Positions 8,328-21,146 of a DNA stretch of 64,000 bases are shown in pieces. The DNA comes from an uncultured virus (IMG/VR IMGVR_UViG_3300028215_000034) (lineage: Duplodnaviria; Heunggongvirae; Uroviricota; Caudoviricetes; Schitoviridae): the IMG/VR virus record IMGVR_UViG_3300028215_000034, one strand, 5' to 3'. Below the pieces are notes generated by a model that saw nothing but the letters and a program-made list of their open reading frames with translations, ran no database searches and was not told the origin of the DNA. The position numbers were made by a program, and so were the translations under genes. Every line of letters starts with the position of its first letter. Position 1 is the stretch's first letter.

Positions 8328-11300
8328 TTAGTTAATAAGACTCTGTGCCATGTGTGTGGTGATTCCCTCATCAACGGCACCCAGATACTCAAAGGCACCG
8401 GCCCCGAGTGGGTTGGTGTCCAATTTATTCCAGAAGCCAGACTCTATCAGGGTTGTGAAGCCTGCAAAGAAGTTAGCAAACAAACCTACTGCCAATGTCC
8501 GGCCTGGGTTATCCCGCATCAGGAACATGATGACCTTCTGGATTCTCATATAATACTTGGTAAACCAAATCATACCCATGTCGTTCATGTACTGAATAAA
8601 CCGGTGTGTCGGTATGTCGTAGTTTACGAAGGCTTCCACCGACAACTGAATAGCTTCCTTCTCTGTCAGTGGGTTCTTCTTCCGGCTAATCATATGCTCG
8701 TACAAAGTGTACCTGGCAATAAAATCACTCAAGTGAGTACCCTGGTACATCAGCTTGTACAGCGGTGTGTCGTGAGCCATGTAGAAAAACTTACCGGTTT
8801 TCTTGACAGCCTCTGGCAACCACTGAGTTTTACTATCTACCTTACGCATCAGTTTAGATTTGTAAGAGTAGTTGTCATCTACGCTATCCACGTCCTCTAC
8901 GATGGTCTGGTACATTCCTGCATCTACCAACTTCTTTACGGGATTGCGCTCCAAAGCATCAGTCAGCTCAATAATCCGAGCATTCAACTCCGGTTGAGTC
9001 TGAGCGTTGGAACCAATGTCACGCATCGTTTCCAGCTTCATCAGCTCATGCAAATCTCGCTGATAACTTATGGCTCCGTTAAAAGCAATACGATGATTCT
9101 TCACTATATCTGTAAGAGGCACGCCCATCCAAACCAACTCACTGACGTTACTGGTGGTGTTACCCAACAAGGTAAAGCCAGTTTTGATGACCAAGAAATC
9201 CTTGATTTCTTTAACCAACTCCTGCCACACGTCTTCTGCCTGACTCACCCGCAATGCCGCTTTTTTACGCATCCCAAATACCGGTGATTCCAATATAGCT
9301 ACAAAGATCTTTCCCATTGCGCCACGTTCATCGGCGTTTTTATCAAAGACTGACGACAGACTATTTTTGCGGTAACCAAAGAACAAATCGACCAGATCCA
9401 CCCGTACCATCATGGCTTCACGACCCCATACTTTACGGATGTCCCGCTTGGTGGCGTCCGGCAATAATTGGTAGATCTCACGAATCTGTGGATCGGTACT
9501 GTTCATGCTAATCTCGATAAACGCATCCGGGCGGCTGAAGCCTTCTTCATTGTATTGCTCATGCAAGGCTTTGATAGCTGTTTCATTGTGAGCCTTGGTG
9601 TTTACCTTATCCACAATGCTACCAGCCATAGAGCCCATCACATCCTGCATACGGTTGTTTCGTTCCAACAGGGTGTCTTTAGTTTCAGCATTCATCATGT
9701 ATTGGTAATTAACCGCCTGACCGTAATTATTCATCAGCGGTACCATCTTCTGTGGAGCTTCTCGACGTGGATCGTAATTTGGATCAGGCTTAAATTGATC
9801 AGCAATCGCCGCTGCTTTATAACGCTTAATGTCTCGTAAAGTGTCTTGACGAAGCTGACCGGTTTGATCCCGAGTCACACTGGCGCCCCGTTTACGGCTA
9901 CCCGTATTGGACGTTATACCGGTTACCCGAGTGTTAAGTCCACCGTCTTCTACCGTGTAAATGCGCTTTTCGCTAGAGGTGTCGGCTGAGTCATTAGGAA
10001 CCAAGGCGCCTTCACGGGCACCACTGCGTACCAGGTTTTTAGCATCTACTCCTTCTGCAATCACCAACTCTTTGTGTTGATTGTAAATCTCTTTGGTGTA
10101 GCCCTTGATGAACAACCCCGGTTTGTTATCAAACAAACTTTCCATGGACCTCTCTTTCATGTTTTTGTGCATCAGCAAGGTCATCTTGATACCGCTGTTA
10201 TTGCCTCGCTGAAGCTCTGTCTTCATGACTTCTGTTAAGAAACCCCGGTCTTTACTGGGGCTGTATTTCAGGGCATACAGTGACGCCAATTTGTCCAGAA
10301 TACCCTCAACCTCGGCGGCCTTGGCCTCGGTAATCTTGCCGGCCTGATCGGTCTCAAACAACCGAGCCAGGTTATACGCATTCTTCATCAGGTTATCTTT
10401 ACGTGCAATATCAGTGACCATGTAATAGCCCAAAGTTTTAGCACCGGTTGACCAGTAATGCCGCTGAGGTCCACTGGCCTGTATCTGCTTCTCGTAGGTC
10501 GCAATGGCTGTATCCAACGCCTTGTCATCCCGAACCAGTTCCAGCAGCTCTGCCTGATTGTCTTTGTCTTTGTCTAACAAAGCGGCCATATCGGTACGCA
10601 ACAGAACCCGAGTAATGGCGTTCATATCCGCTTCAGTCAGGGTTTCCCCGGCTTCAGCGTAACTCTCAAGTACGGTTTTAGCGGTCTGCTCAATAATGGT
10701 TTGACGATCTTGATCGTTTTTCTTACCCATTCGCAGCAATTCATGAGCGGTCAAGTTGGTCTCGTTAGCACCTTTAAACTCAGTAACAACCGAAGAAAGC
10801 AGGCCTTGCCGTTCCTTGAAATTACGGTTACGGACATTCTCCAAGTTGTCAAAAGTAGCCCGTACACGATCACCGGCCACCATACTAACGACAACACCCG
10901 TACCCTCAACCAAACTGTTCTTGGAGTTACGGAAGAATTTGGACTTACCAAACTCGTCTGCCTTGGCTTTCATCCCTTCACTGAGTTTGCTCAATGAACC
11001 TTCAATCGCTGAAGGGACTGCATTTCTATGTCGAGCCAAAGAAGTCAAACGACGAGACTCAATACTCACCAACTGATCCATCAGATCACTGAGCTTCTGG
11101 TCTGCCCGTTGACCGGCATAGGTCTTTGTTAACCGACCGTTAATCAGGTTAAGGAGTCGCTTGAAGATGGCCTTTAGCTGCTCACCCAGCTTCATACCTC
11201 TAAGGCTCTCAGTGTCCCGTGCAGTGGCAACCATCATCTTGCTTTGTAAAGGACGGTACGCCAGGCCCATGGCCGCAAACCGTCCCAGGAAATCCGAAGT

Positions 11301-14300
11301 ACCATCAGCGTTCTGCTTCGGTGTGAAGATAAACCGGTACTGGGCTTCTGCTTCTGCCTGCTCATTGGGAGTGGCCTGTGACCAATCACCGTCGAACATA
11401 TCCTGTGGCTTCAACCGGGTCTTAGTCTCTTTATAAAGTTTGGCCAGTTCACGATAAGCTGCTGTCGAAGAGTTCAATGACGCCTTAACCGTGGCTTCAA
11501 CCTGCTCCAATACAAACGCTTCTTGCTGACTGATCTTGAACGGCTGGCCCATAATCTCGGATGCAAAGGGCAGCTTGCCCATCAGGGAGGTCAGGAACAC
11601 ATCTTCGCTACCGTAGGTTGCACTCTGCTCGGCCTCAGCCTTGTAGGCGCCATAGGGGCCATGGAGCTGTGTAACAATACCACCCAACACCTCTTTCAGG
11701 TGTTCGTTATACGAGGGGTCCAGTGCTTCTGTCTGATACCGGCCCAATGCGTCAAACACTTGCTCCGAGCTGTAGGCTTTCACAACATCAAACGGGTCAG
11801 TACTTTGCTGGTTCTGAGTCTTCTGTGTGCCAGTAGTAGCCACCGTGCGGGCTTCTTTCGCTGCACCAAACAAACCAGTCACGTTAGTAACCAGTACAGA
11901 TAAGCCTCGGGTCTTTGCTTCGTCTTTACGGTTACCAAACAGCAGGCCAGCAATCTTATCAATGAATAACTGCATCCCATCAATAAACTTGTTGCCTTTT
12001 TTAACAGAGGTCTCAAATACTAAATCGTTCAGGACATCTCGCTGGAAGTCCCGGTTAGTCATGCCCCAGGCAATGAATTCATGCAGGTCTGAGACCGCTT
12101 CCCGGTATTTCAGATCCAGAGTTACATCGTCACTGTTGTCGATCGAAGCCTTGGCTTTTTGTCTCAGGTTATCGAGATCGTTAACCAGCTCCCAAGCATC
12201 GCCGCGTTCTGAAACTGGCTTGGCTTGCTCATTGGCTACAATGCTTCCCAGTGCCTGGTGAACCAGTTCGTGCAGCACCAGCTCTGGACTAACGCCTGAG
12301 TGAGTGAAGTCCGGGCTCTTAATACCAATGTGCTCGTTTCCAGTCATCGGCTCATACCAACCCTTAGCGCGGCTTACGCCGCCCTGCGGTAGATCAGTCT
12401 CAGCGGTGTCACGGGTGATGTATCTGACGGGCAGATCGCTTTTCACGGTCTGCTTCAGAAACACCAGCAACTGCCGGTTGGTCTTGTCCAGATTGGTCCC
12501 GGTTGCCCGGAAGCGTTGATCCAGATACCCCATGAGATCCTTAGAGGTCATCTCAGGGTTGCCTTCCATGAACGCGACCATGTCGGTATCGCTGTTGATT
12601 GCCGGTGTGCCAAGCTCGCCATAAGCGGTCTGCCGGGTGCCGTTGTAAACTGAGGCCAGGGCTTCTACTACCTGAGCATTGGCAAGACCACTTAGAGATC
12701 GGTCTGCTGCCAGGGCCAAAGTAGATTGCTGAGCCAACATAGCATCGCGTGCTGTGGTCAGACTTTCCTTCAGTTCAGGGCTGGTGTCTTCTGTTGCCAG
12801 CAACTGATCAATCAACGGCAGAACCGCATGGTTCGGTGCGTGCATAACACTGTTTGTGTTGGCCGGCCGGTTCTGCATACGGGTCAGGATGGCTGACTTC
12901 CAAGTAGCACGGCGCTTAGCCTGATCATTACCTGGAAACACTTTCTCCAATGTGGCATTAATCGACTTCAACGCTGGGTAAGTTTCAGCAATCACTTTCA
13001 AGCGATTGACGCCTTCGCGTTGTGTGGTGTCCCGGGTGCCGGTGTTACGAGCCAAAGTTTCCAGTTCGTTGAGCTTGGTGCTGAACCAATCTTTCAACGT
13101 AGCCGCTATTTCTTGTGGCTCAAAAGTCGCTTCAATATTTCGTGCTTCTGGGGCTGCCGGCAGCTTAGGTGTTTCAGGGTTACCCGTTACGGCAGTAGCG
13201 ATACGTTGGCTCAAGGCCTGCATTTCTGCTGCTTTGGGGCCTATTGATTCAGCACGAACTTGCTCTAATTTATCCAGGGCTTCCTGACGTAACGCATCGG
13301 TTACCTCAAACTCTCCCCCTTCTTGTGCGTATTGATCCAGAAACGCCAGTATGCTCATAGTCTCAAGTTTGGTCATTTCAGCTTGATAAGCCGTTTGCGT
13401 AACGTCTTTCATTACGTAACTGATCCAATCCAGACCGGAAGCCTCAAATAACGCAGTTTCTACTTTATTAAGACGCCCAACATACTCCTCTTCCAATTTA
13501 GAGAATCGTTCCTGTAAAGCAGGGCTTTCCTCAATCATCGAAGCAAACCCACTCAACCCAGATACAGTACGCTCCAGCGTCGCCTTGATTTCCAACGGTA
13601 CTGAAAACGACAACAAGACTTTGTGAGTTGCCTCGTTCAAGTTTTCAGCACCTTTAACTACATCAGCAATACTCAAACCGTTTGCGTCATAAATATTCAG
13701 TGCAGCAAGTTTCTCATAAGCGTAAGCCGAAATGGCACTGTCTGTAGAATGGATCATTAAAACCAATGTCCGTACACCTGGGTCTTCCAAGACCGATTTG
13801 TATCCCTTAGTTTTCATCGATTTGATGTCATTACCATCCGGTGTGTTGGCCGTTATAGATTTACCCAATGCCACTTCTTGGGAATAATTAATGTCTTCAC
13901 TGAGCTTACGACTTTCTTTTGGTAGGAACAGGCCCGCATCCAGATCGTCTTCAACCTGCGACATCGCACTGTGTGTAACCGGTTTGAGGTCTTTTAACTG
14001 TTCCTCAATCTCTGCGATCTGAGTAGGCGACAAGTCTTGTAAGGGCTGAGGGTTAACCTCTCCCCGGTTGTTAGGCTTTTCGCCTCGGGCAGCCAGTTTG
14101 CCCTGCCCAATCAGACTTTCAACTTTCTGCTCTGCCAAGTGTTCAAGCATCGCGGTGTATAGCTGAGCTGAAACCTGGGCACCTTGATTCAATACCTTAC
14201 GGCGCTCCAAGAACACACTAAACATTTCCTCCATAGTGGCTTTAACCGCATCGCCCAGTGTTTTATCAAAACCTAACCTAATAAAAACAAGTTGGGCTTC

Positions 14301-17300
14301 ATTAAATTCGTATTCTTTTGCCTCCTCCAACGTAATGTCAGTAGAGATATTACGGTCTTTATTACGTATCAAATTATTAACCTGTTCTGCCCAGACACGC
14401 ACAGAATCTTGCTTCTGTGCGTCCGTATCATTAGACCTGGCAATGTCAGTTACTTTTCCGTAGGTATCGTGAATAAACTCGTTGAACATACCATTGATGC
14501 CGTTATTTATGGTTTGCCCATACATCATTTGAGTCAGTGGTGGTTTAACCGTATTACGGCCTGAAGAGGTAACTTGATTTTTCTTTTCGTTGAAAAACTC
14601 ATCTTTCATAAACCGGATGGCAGCAGCCGTTGACGCAAATTGTGGTTTAGTCACAACAATCGACTTCATATTAGCGTCCATGACTTTAGCCGTAGACTCA
14701 TACAGGTCTTCAGAACCTACAGCGGATTTATACGTTACAAAGTTTCTGTGATCAGACCCCTGCTCGTAGAAGCCTCCTTTATTGAGAAACGTAAACATTC
14801 CTGATGTTGTGTTCGCAGCGCCCAGCATTAACAACGTCAGCATAGGCCCGTTGGTCACACCATCGACTTCCATCATTACCATGTCAGGATCAAAGGTCTT
14901 CTGACCATTCTTTATCGCTTCTTCCATACGGGCTAAAGCGTGTAAGGCACTCAATGAGTGCATGTTTTGGCCAGCCTGATTAACGGCGTCTCTAATGTTT
15001 TCCTGGTCTGCGGGTAAGAAATCTTCTCCGTTTTGTTGTCTCTTAATAGCAGCCAACGCGGATTGGATGATTCGGCTCTTGAGCTTACGATCCAATTCAA
15101 CCAGTGATCCTTCTGGACCATCCATTGGTTTTTTGTCTGCTTTAATACCCAGGCCCAAAGCCACATTAGCCCGGAACAGTTTATTGAATTTACTGTTTCT
15201 AGCGGTGGATACGTTACCCGCCCATTTAGCCATGCCCATCAACTCCCTGTGCAGTTTACTGTTCTGGGGGTTAACGGTATTGGATAAAAGTCCTGCACGT
15301 TGGGTGATGTACACTTCAGGCATGAAGTAAAACGCCAGGTCATAAGCGTTTAGTGAGTCTGCGCCGTTGTCTTCTACAGACTTAACAAAGTCATCCCAAT
15401 GCTCAATCTCACGCAACAGGCCGTCATTACGTCCCTGAATACTCAAACGCTGTGTTACATGGGCTGAGGCAACATCCTCAATACCTGCGATGGCTTCCCT
15501 AGTGCTACTGTCTAAGCTCTGCCACAAACCATTGAGATGAGTACGTACCTTCCAGGCTCGCTTGGCTTGAGCGTCTTCAATCTTAGCCCTGTGACTAGGG
15601 ATACCTTGAGAGGTTTTCTTAGTCTTTTCCTGAGTAAAGTCTTCAGGCTCAAACGAAGGCTCTTTCAGTCCTGGCTCAACCCCAAAAACTTTATCCAGAT
15701 AACCTTGTGTGTTGCGGGCTCTCTCGCCAATAACCTTGGCCGCGTCTACAGGGTCTTTCTTCGTAGACTCCCAATCCCGAGCCAATCTGATAAAGGGGTG
15801 AGCCGTGTTAGGTGTGTCACCTTCCCGGTTTAATAATGCGTCATTTACTACGGGACGTTCTACCAAACCCTGATCCAGTAGCAACGCTACTACATAGGCT
15901 CCCACGGCACTCTCAAGCTGTGCCTGCGAGTTTACGGGTGCGTCGCTATGGGCTTTCAGACCCAAGACTTTCACCGGCCTCTGACCCAAGCTGTTGATAA
16001 CCACATTGGCCCGAGTGCCTTTATCACCCAACAGATTAGTTTCAACGTCAGTAACATCTGTAGCCCGACGGCGGCCCAATATAGCGTTGATCTGCTCAGG
16101 AGGGTTCATCCAGGTTTTGTTAGCGTTCTCCGCCACGTAGGTCCAGGCCGCATAGCTGATAGCAGTCTTAACATTCTCAGGTAGGGTGCCGTCTTCGTTC
16201 ACCAAAAACTGAACCATGTTTTTATACTTAACATCCACCTTGGTCTGGGCCTTGAAGATAGAGTCCAGTGCCACGTTCCACGCAGTAGCTTTCTCCTGAA
16301 ACTCAGCCATCATGTTGTCACGGGCTGCTGCACGTTCGGTCAAGTCACCACGATCGTCCTGTACAAACTGGCTCAGAAGTGAGCTATCAGCGATCATCAC
16401 AGAGAGGAAGTTCTTTACCTTAACCAGGGGTCGTAACGACACGCTGCCTTCTTTACCGGCTGTTTGGCCAAAGTACGCACCGATCAGGTTTTTACCCCGG
16501 AACTCGTTTGTAGGTAAGCCACCTTTTACCTGGGCTTCTTTACCTTTGATGTTATCCAGGCGCCCAGACTCAATAACCGTCTCCACTACAGAGGCATCAT
16601 ATTCAGTAAGTGCCTGCTCAAAAGCTTCTTTGTTTGTCAGGCCCTCATATTTATTATCCTCAGCCGTGGCATCTGATTTCTTACTGGCTTTAATCTTTGT
16701 GTCAGCCTTAAATCTCAGTGCCTTAAAAGCGCGTTTTTGTACTTCTACTGTCTCAGAAGAAATTGTTGCTGTTTCTGGGTTTGCAGAATTTGCTTCCTCA
16801 ATGACCTCTCCCAGTTCTTCCATGAGCTGAACCAGGAAATTACCTGTCGAGTTACCGTCACCGTATTTAGTAGCACTTTTTCTTGCACGCTCTTCCCGGC
16901 TTCCATCAATGCTGTCGATCTCTGTAGGTGCAACAAACCAGTTTGCAATAAGTGTTTCAAGCTCCGGTTTATATTCCTCTAACACAGCAGGATCACTAAG
17001 TACCTCACCGTATATAGACGCCAAGCGTCCTTGTAAAGTTGCAACATCAGATTCAGAGGGTGCCTTTTCTACATTACCTTTTGGGAACGTAAGGCCCATG
17101 AGTGACATCAGTAAACCAACGTCCATTAACTCGGACTTGAGTTCTTCTGTTACATGAGCGCCCTCAACGGTACTCGCGGTAACCAAGAACTTCTGGTTAA
17201 TACTTGCAATGGTTTCTGCATAGATACCATCAGGTGTCTCAATAACCGGTGCCTCTTCTACAGCCGGGGCTACTGAATTATCTGTTGTAGCTTCAGTGAG

Positions 17301-20300
17301 GTTGCGTAAATAACTTTCAAAATTGGCTTGCCCTTCAGCACTTTGTAAATTGAAAACAGGAATGTTTTTACGGGAAGCCATGTCAATAGCTTGTCCCGTA
17401 CCACCGGTCTTCATGGTTCTTTGTGCTGTATTTTCGGCTCCATCAGGAGTCCACACCAGCACAAAATCAACAGGCGTATCTAAGGTTTCACCAAATAATT
17501 GTTTTGTATTTCTAGCCATCAAATCCAGGCTATAACCTTTAAGGGCGCTCGGTTTAGGGTGTATTTCTTTAGCAATTTGACGTGTCTTATCATTAGCGTC
17601 TGTTGCGTAAAAAATCTGCTTAGTTTTGCTACCACTTTCAAATGCCTTATCAGCCCCTTTTGCACCACCGGATCTCAAAGTGAATCCAAGCTCTTCAAGG
17701 TTATTCGCGTACACACCCCATCAGATCGAGAATTTGTTTTGGGGTTTCTCTGGAACCAATACCCGCATAGGTAAACGAAGCATTACCTGTTTCTTTTTTA
17801 GGTAACGTGTCAAATACAGGAGTTTTAGATTTAGCCGGTGTATCCCCAGCGTATACGTCACTAATAACGGGTACACCTTCAGCAGGCGGTGGTAGCAGGT
17901 CTGGAGTAGTTTCTTGGGTCGCAAACATATCTGGTGTGGCGGTGTCGTACTCCGTGGCTTTTTTGCCAATGTCCGTTAAGAAATCAACAACCTCATCAAT
18001 TTCCGCATTACCGGCTTCATAATCACTATCTTCTTTAAACGCTTTGATGGCTTCTTGAACCGCAGGACTTGGGTGCTTTTCCATAGACTCAAGGTTACCG
18101 CCCAACACATTGGAGGCTTCTAAATGATCTGTGTCTAATTTCTCAGCCAAGTCCTCTACTGCTTCTGTTTCCAAAGACTCGTCTTTTTGGGCTGCGTCGT
18201 AGATGTCTTGTACTTCTCTGTTAGTAGTTTGTAGACCCTTCCATTCACGCAACAGTTTGCGTAGATCTCGCACTCCTGCGTCGTTGGATTTACTAGGCTT
18301 AGCTACAGGTGCGTCAACGTCGTCCCTAACGACAGGATCACCGGTGGGCTCAGCGACAGTTCCTGATTCAACAGGCTCTGCTTGCGCTGGCTCCGTAACC
18401 GGCTCAGCTTTTTTTGTTGCATCTTGCGTTTGGCGTTGGTCGGCTTGTGTCTCATCAATAGCAGTCTCCACAGTAGGTGAGGCAACTTCCGGTTGCTTCT
18501 TTGGTGTAGACGGCTGTGCCAGCCCTATCATGTTATCGACTTCCTGACTGGCGGCAATCAAGGCTTTAGCCTCAGTACGCACAGCTTGAACCAGATTCTT
18601 GGACTTCACGTTAACGACCAGGCCCTGGTTATCAGCCATGTCTTTACCACTGAGTTTATCCGGTGAGATCGACCAGCTACCTTGCGTCAACCCACGTACA
18701 ACCTGCACTGGCTTACCAGTAGACTGAAATTGTTTCATGGCCTGACTCAAGGCTTTAGACTTGTTGTCATGGCCTTCTGAAAAGGCTTTAAGGTCGGCCG
18801 CATACGCCTGGGCCACTTCCACATCCCCTGAACTCAGGGCACTGTTAACCAGTGAACGGTAATCTTGAATACCCCGGTAACCGTCCTCACCTTTGATGAT
18901 GGCGTTATTGGTTCGATTAAGGGACTTGGCATCGTCTTGTTTCTGCATCGAGTCAGCAAAAGAAGTCAGGTAGCGCCTTTGCTCGCCTGACAGACCGTTG
19001 CCGGTGTCTTTAGCCATGGCCTGTGCATCGACTATAGACAAGACATCTGGACTTGCCATGGACTGTGTGACGAGCTTGCCGGCTGCGTCTGCCCGAGCTT
19101 CGGGTGCTACGGCTTCACGGTTTTCGGGATCGCCTACAATACCTGCTGTTTCTTTTAACGCCTCAAGGTCTTCAGTAGCTTCAGTCTGTGTGATTGAATC
19201 GCGGAATTGCTTGAGCGTGTCAAACACTTCCTGACTTTTCTTCAACTGCTCATTAACCACTTTCTGCTTTTTACCGGGAGCTGACTCGGCTTCACTAATA
19301 CGAGCCGTAAGCATGTCAATGTTGCCTTGGATTTCGGCCACCTTAGCGGTATCCGATTCCCCAACCAGCAATTCATTCTGCTTACTAAGTTGACGCTTCT
19401 GACGGGCAACGGCCTCATCAGTTGCACCTTCAGCAGTGGCTTGGCTATCCTTCAAATCAGACTCGGCTGATCTGTACAGTTCTTCTACCTGGGCAATGTT
19501 CTTTGTTCGTTGCTCGGGTGTAGTCGTTTCCTGTTGATTATTAACAATCAGGACACCGGCCGCTTTAGCCAGGTCATAGTTCTTACTTTCAGGATCGGTG
19601 TAAGGCGTGATGTCGTTTGCATCAACGGCTGCTTTAAAAGCATCAGTCTGTGTTTTAATAGCTTCAAGTTTCTTCTTCTTGAAAGCAGTGCCGGCATCAC
19701 CGATCTCTTTTGCAATCGTAGCCGGAGCAGCAAGACTGGTACCAAAGCTGCCGCCCAAAACCAGATCAGCAAAAGTGTTTTCAGTCAGATCTCGATCACC
19801 ACCAATCGCATCATTAGATCCAAATCGGGCACCTACGGTTTCACTAACTTCTTGCGTGCCTTCTGCTGTACCGGATATGCCAACAGTTTTAGTAAACCGG
19901 GTTAAGACGTTGCCTTTAAGGATGCCCTGTAATGGCTTCAGTATGTATGCAGTTGCCATACCACCAGCGCCACCAATTATTGCACCCGGCACAAAAGCAG
20001 CCGCACCGGCTGTTTTAGCTGTTTGACGTTGTGCTTCTTTATGGTCGAGACCTTTATCCAGCAGATCCAGATATAAATCAGACTCTGCTGACAACTCTTC
20101 CGGGCTCATGGCCTTGACGTAATCTTCGGCCTCATTAGCCTGTGAGCCACCGGCTTGTAAACCACCCACCAAGCCCATAGCAATTGAAACCTTAGCAGCA
20201 CTGCCTGCCAGTAACGTAGCGGCCTGGGGTGCAAATTGCCCAAGGACTCCAGCCAGATGACCCATAAAACCTTCAACACTGGCGTTCTCACCCATGGACC

Positions 20301-21137
20301 AGGAAGACGGGTCAAGAGCACTGCCTGTAGGTGTGCTGTCTATCATGGCCTGTTTAAAGTTTTGATCTTGGCTTGAATCGATAGTCTCTGCCATTTCTTT
20401 AGAACATCTTCAGCACTTTGAAACCATTCGCTAGGAGCCGTAACACCGGCATCTGTCAGGAAATCATTAGCTGCACGGGCCGCATCCCCAAGGCCCAGTG
20501 CTTCGATGTCATTAGCAACCGTGTCACCTAATGCCTCAACAAGATCACCAACACCACCAAATGCCGAGCCAATGCCTTTAACAACGCCTCCGGAGACTTC
20601 CTTAACCATGTTGGAGTCTGTACCAAAACCCGCAATTTGATTACCTAATTGCTCCTTAAAGGCGCGAGTCTGTTCAGCTTTTTCTAACGCAATCTTCTTT
20701 TTTCTAGCAGCTTTTGCAACCGCAAATTCTTTGGTCTGTAAAGTGTCACGCACCTGGTCATACTTTGTGGTGTCTATTGCGTTGGTAGCTGCTTCGTAAT
20801 TAGCTTGTTCAAAGTAAGATGACGGATCAAAACCCTTTTTCATAGAAAAAGCGGCCTCACTTTCCTGCTCGGGAAGTGAGGCTTGCTTTTGTTGTTTAGG
20901 TGAGGCATCAACTGGAAACTGTGCTGCAACTTCTGCCTCCATATCGGGCGTAGCTTCAACGGTATTATCAGTCCCAAACCCAGAGTAACCGTAACGACTG
21001 CGTATATTATTTACATCAGCGTACATATCCTTTACGGCTGAAGGATCATTTGATGAGTTAGCAGCAACCAAGGCTTGTAGGCTTTTAGTATTAACTTCGT
21101 CTTCTGCAATCTGCTCCATCGTACGGTAATCTGGCAT
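8328..21137 (-). CDS. Virion-encapsidated RNA polymerase (N4 gp50 homolog), ~4,270 aa, split into three ORFs by two compensating 1-nt indels
   Basis: Motif A EVDGVTNG (~14850-14870), motif B RNTVKPPLTQMMYG (~14518-14560), motif C NIYDA (~13685) and NPQxSKLxRE. The total span of 12,810 nt is divisible by 3. Breaks fall in an A-run (~20397-20401) and a G-run (~17716-17719). No Cys found in the reconstructed frame. Confidence 0.93.
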
Positions 21138-21146
21138 ACATCAACC

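Noticed and set aside
8322..9287. 321-aa + strand ORF antisense to the vRNAP C-terminus
   Set aside because: No RBS, TTG start, no recognisable motifs and odd composition. It is a shadow ORF of a long coding strand, starting right after terminators.
17701..17720. Programmed frameshift or split-gene model for vRNAP
   Set aside because: No canonical slippery heptamer. The break is in a G-run, is compensated by a second indel upstream, and similar homopolymer breaks occur across the window.
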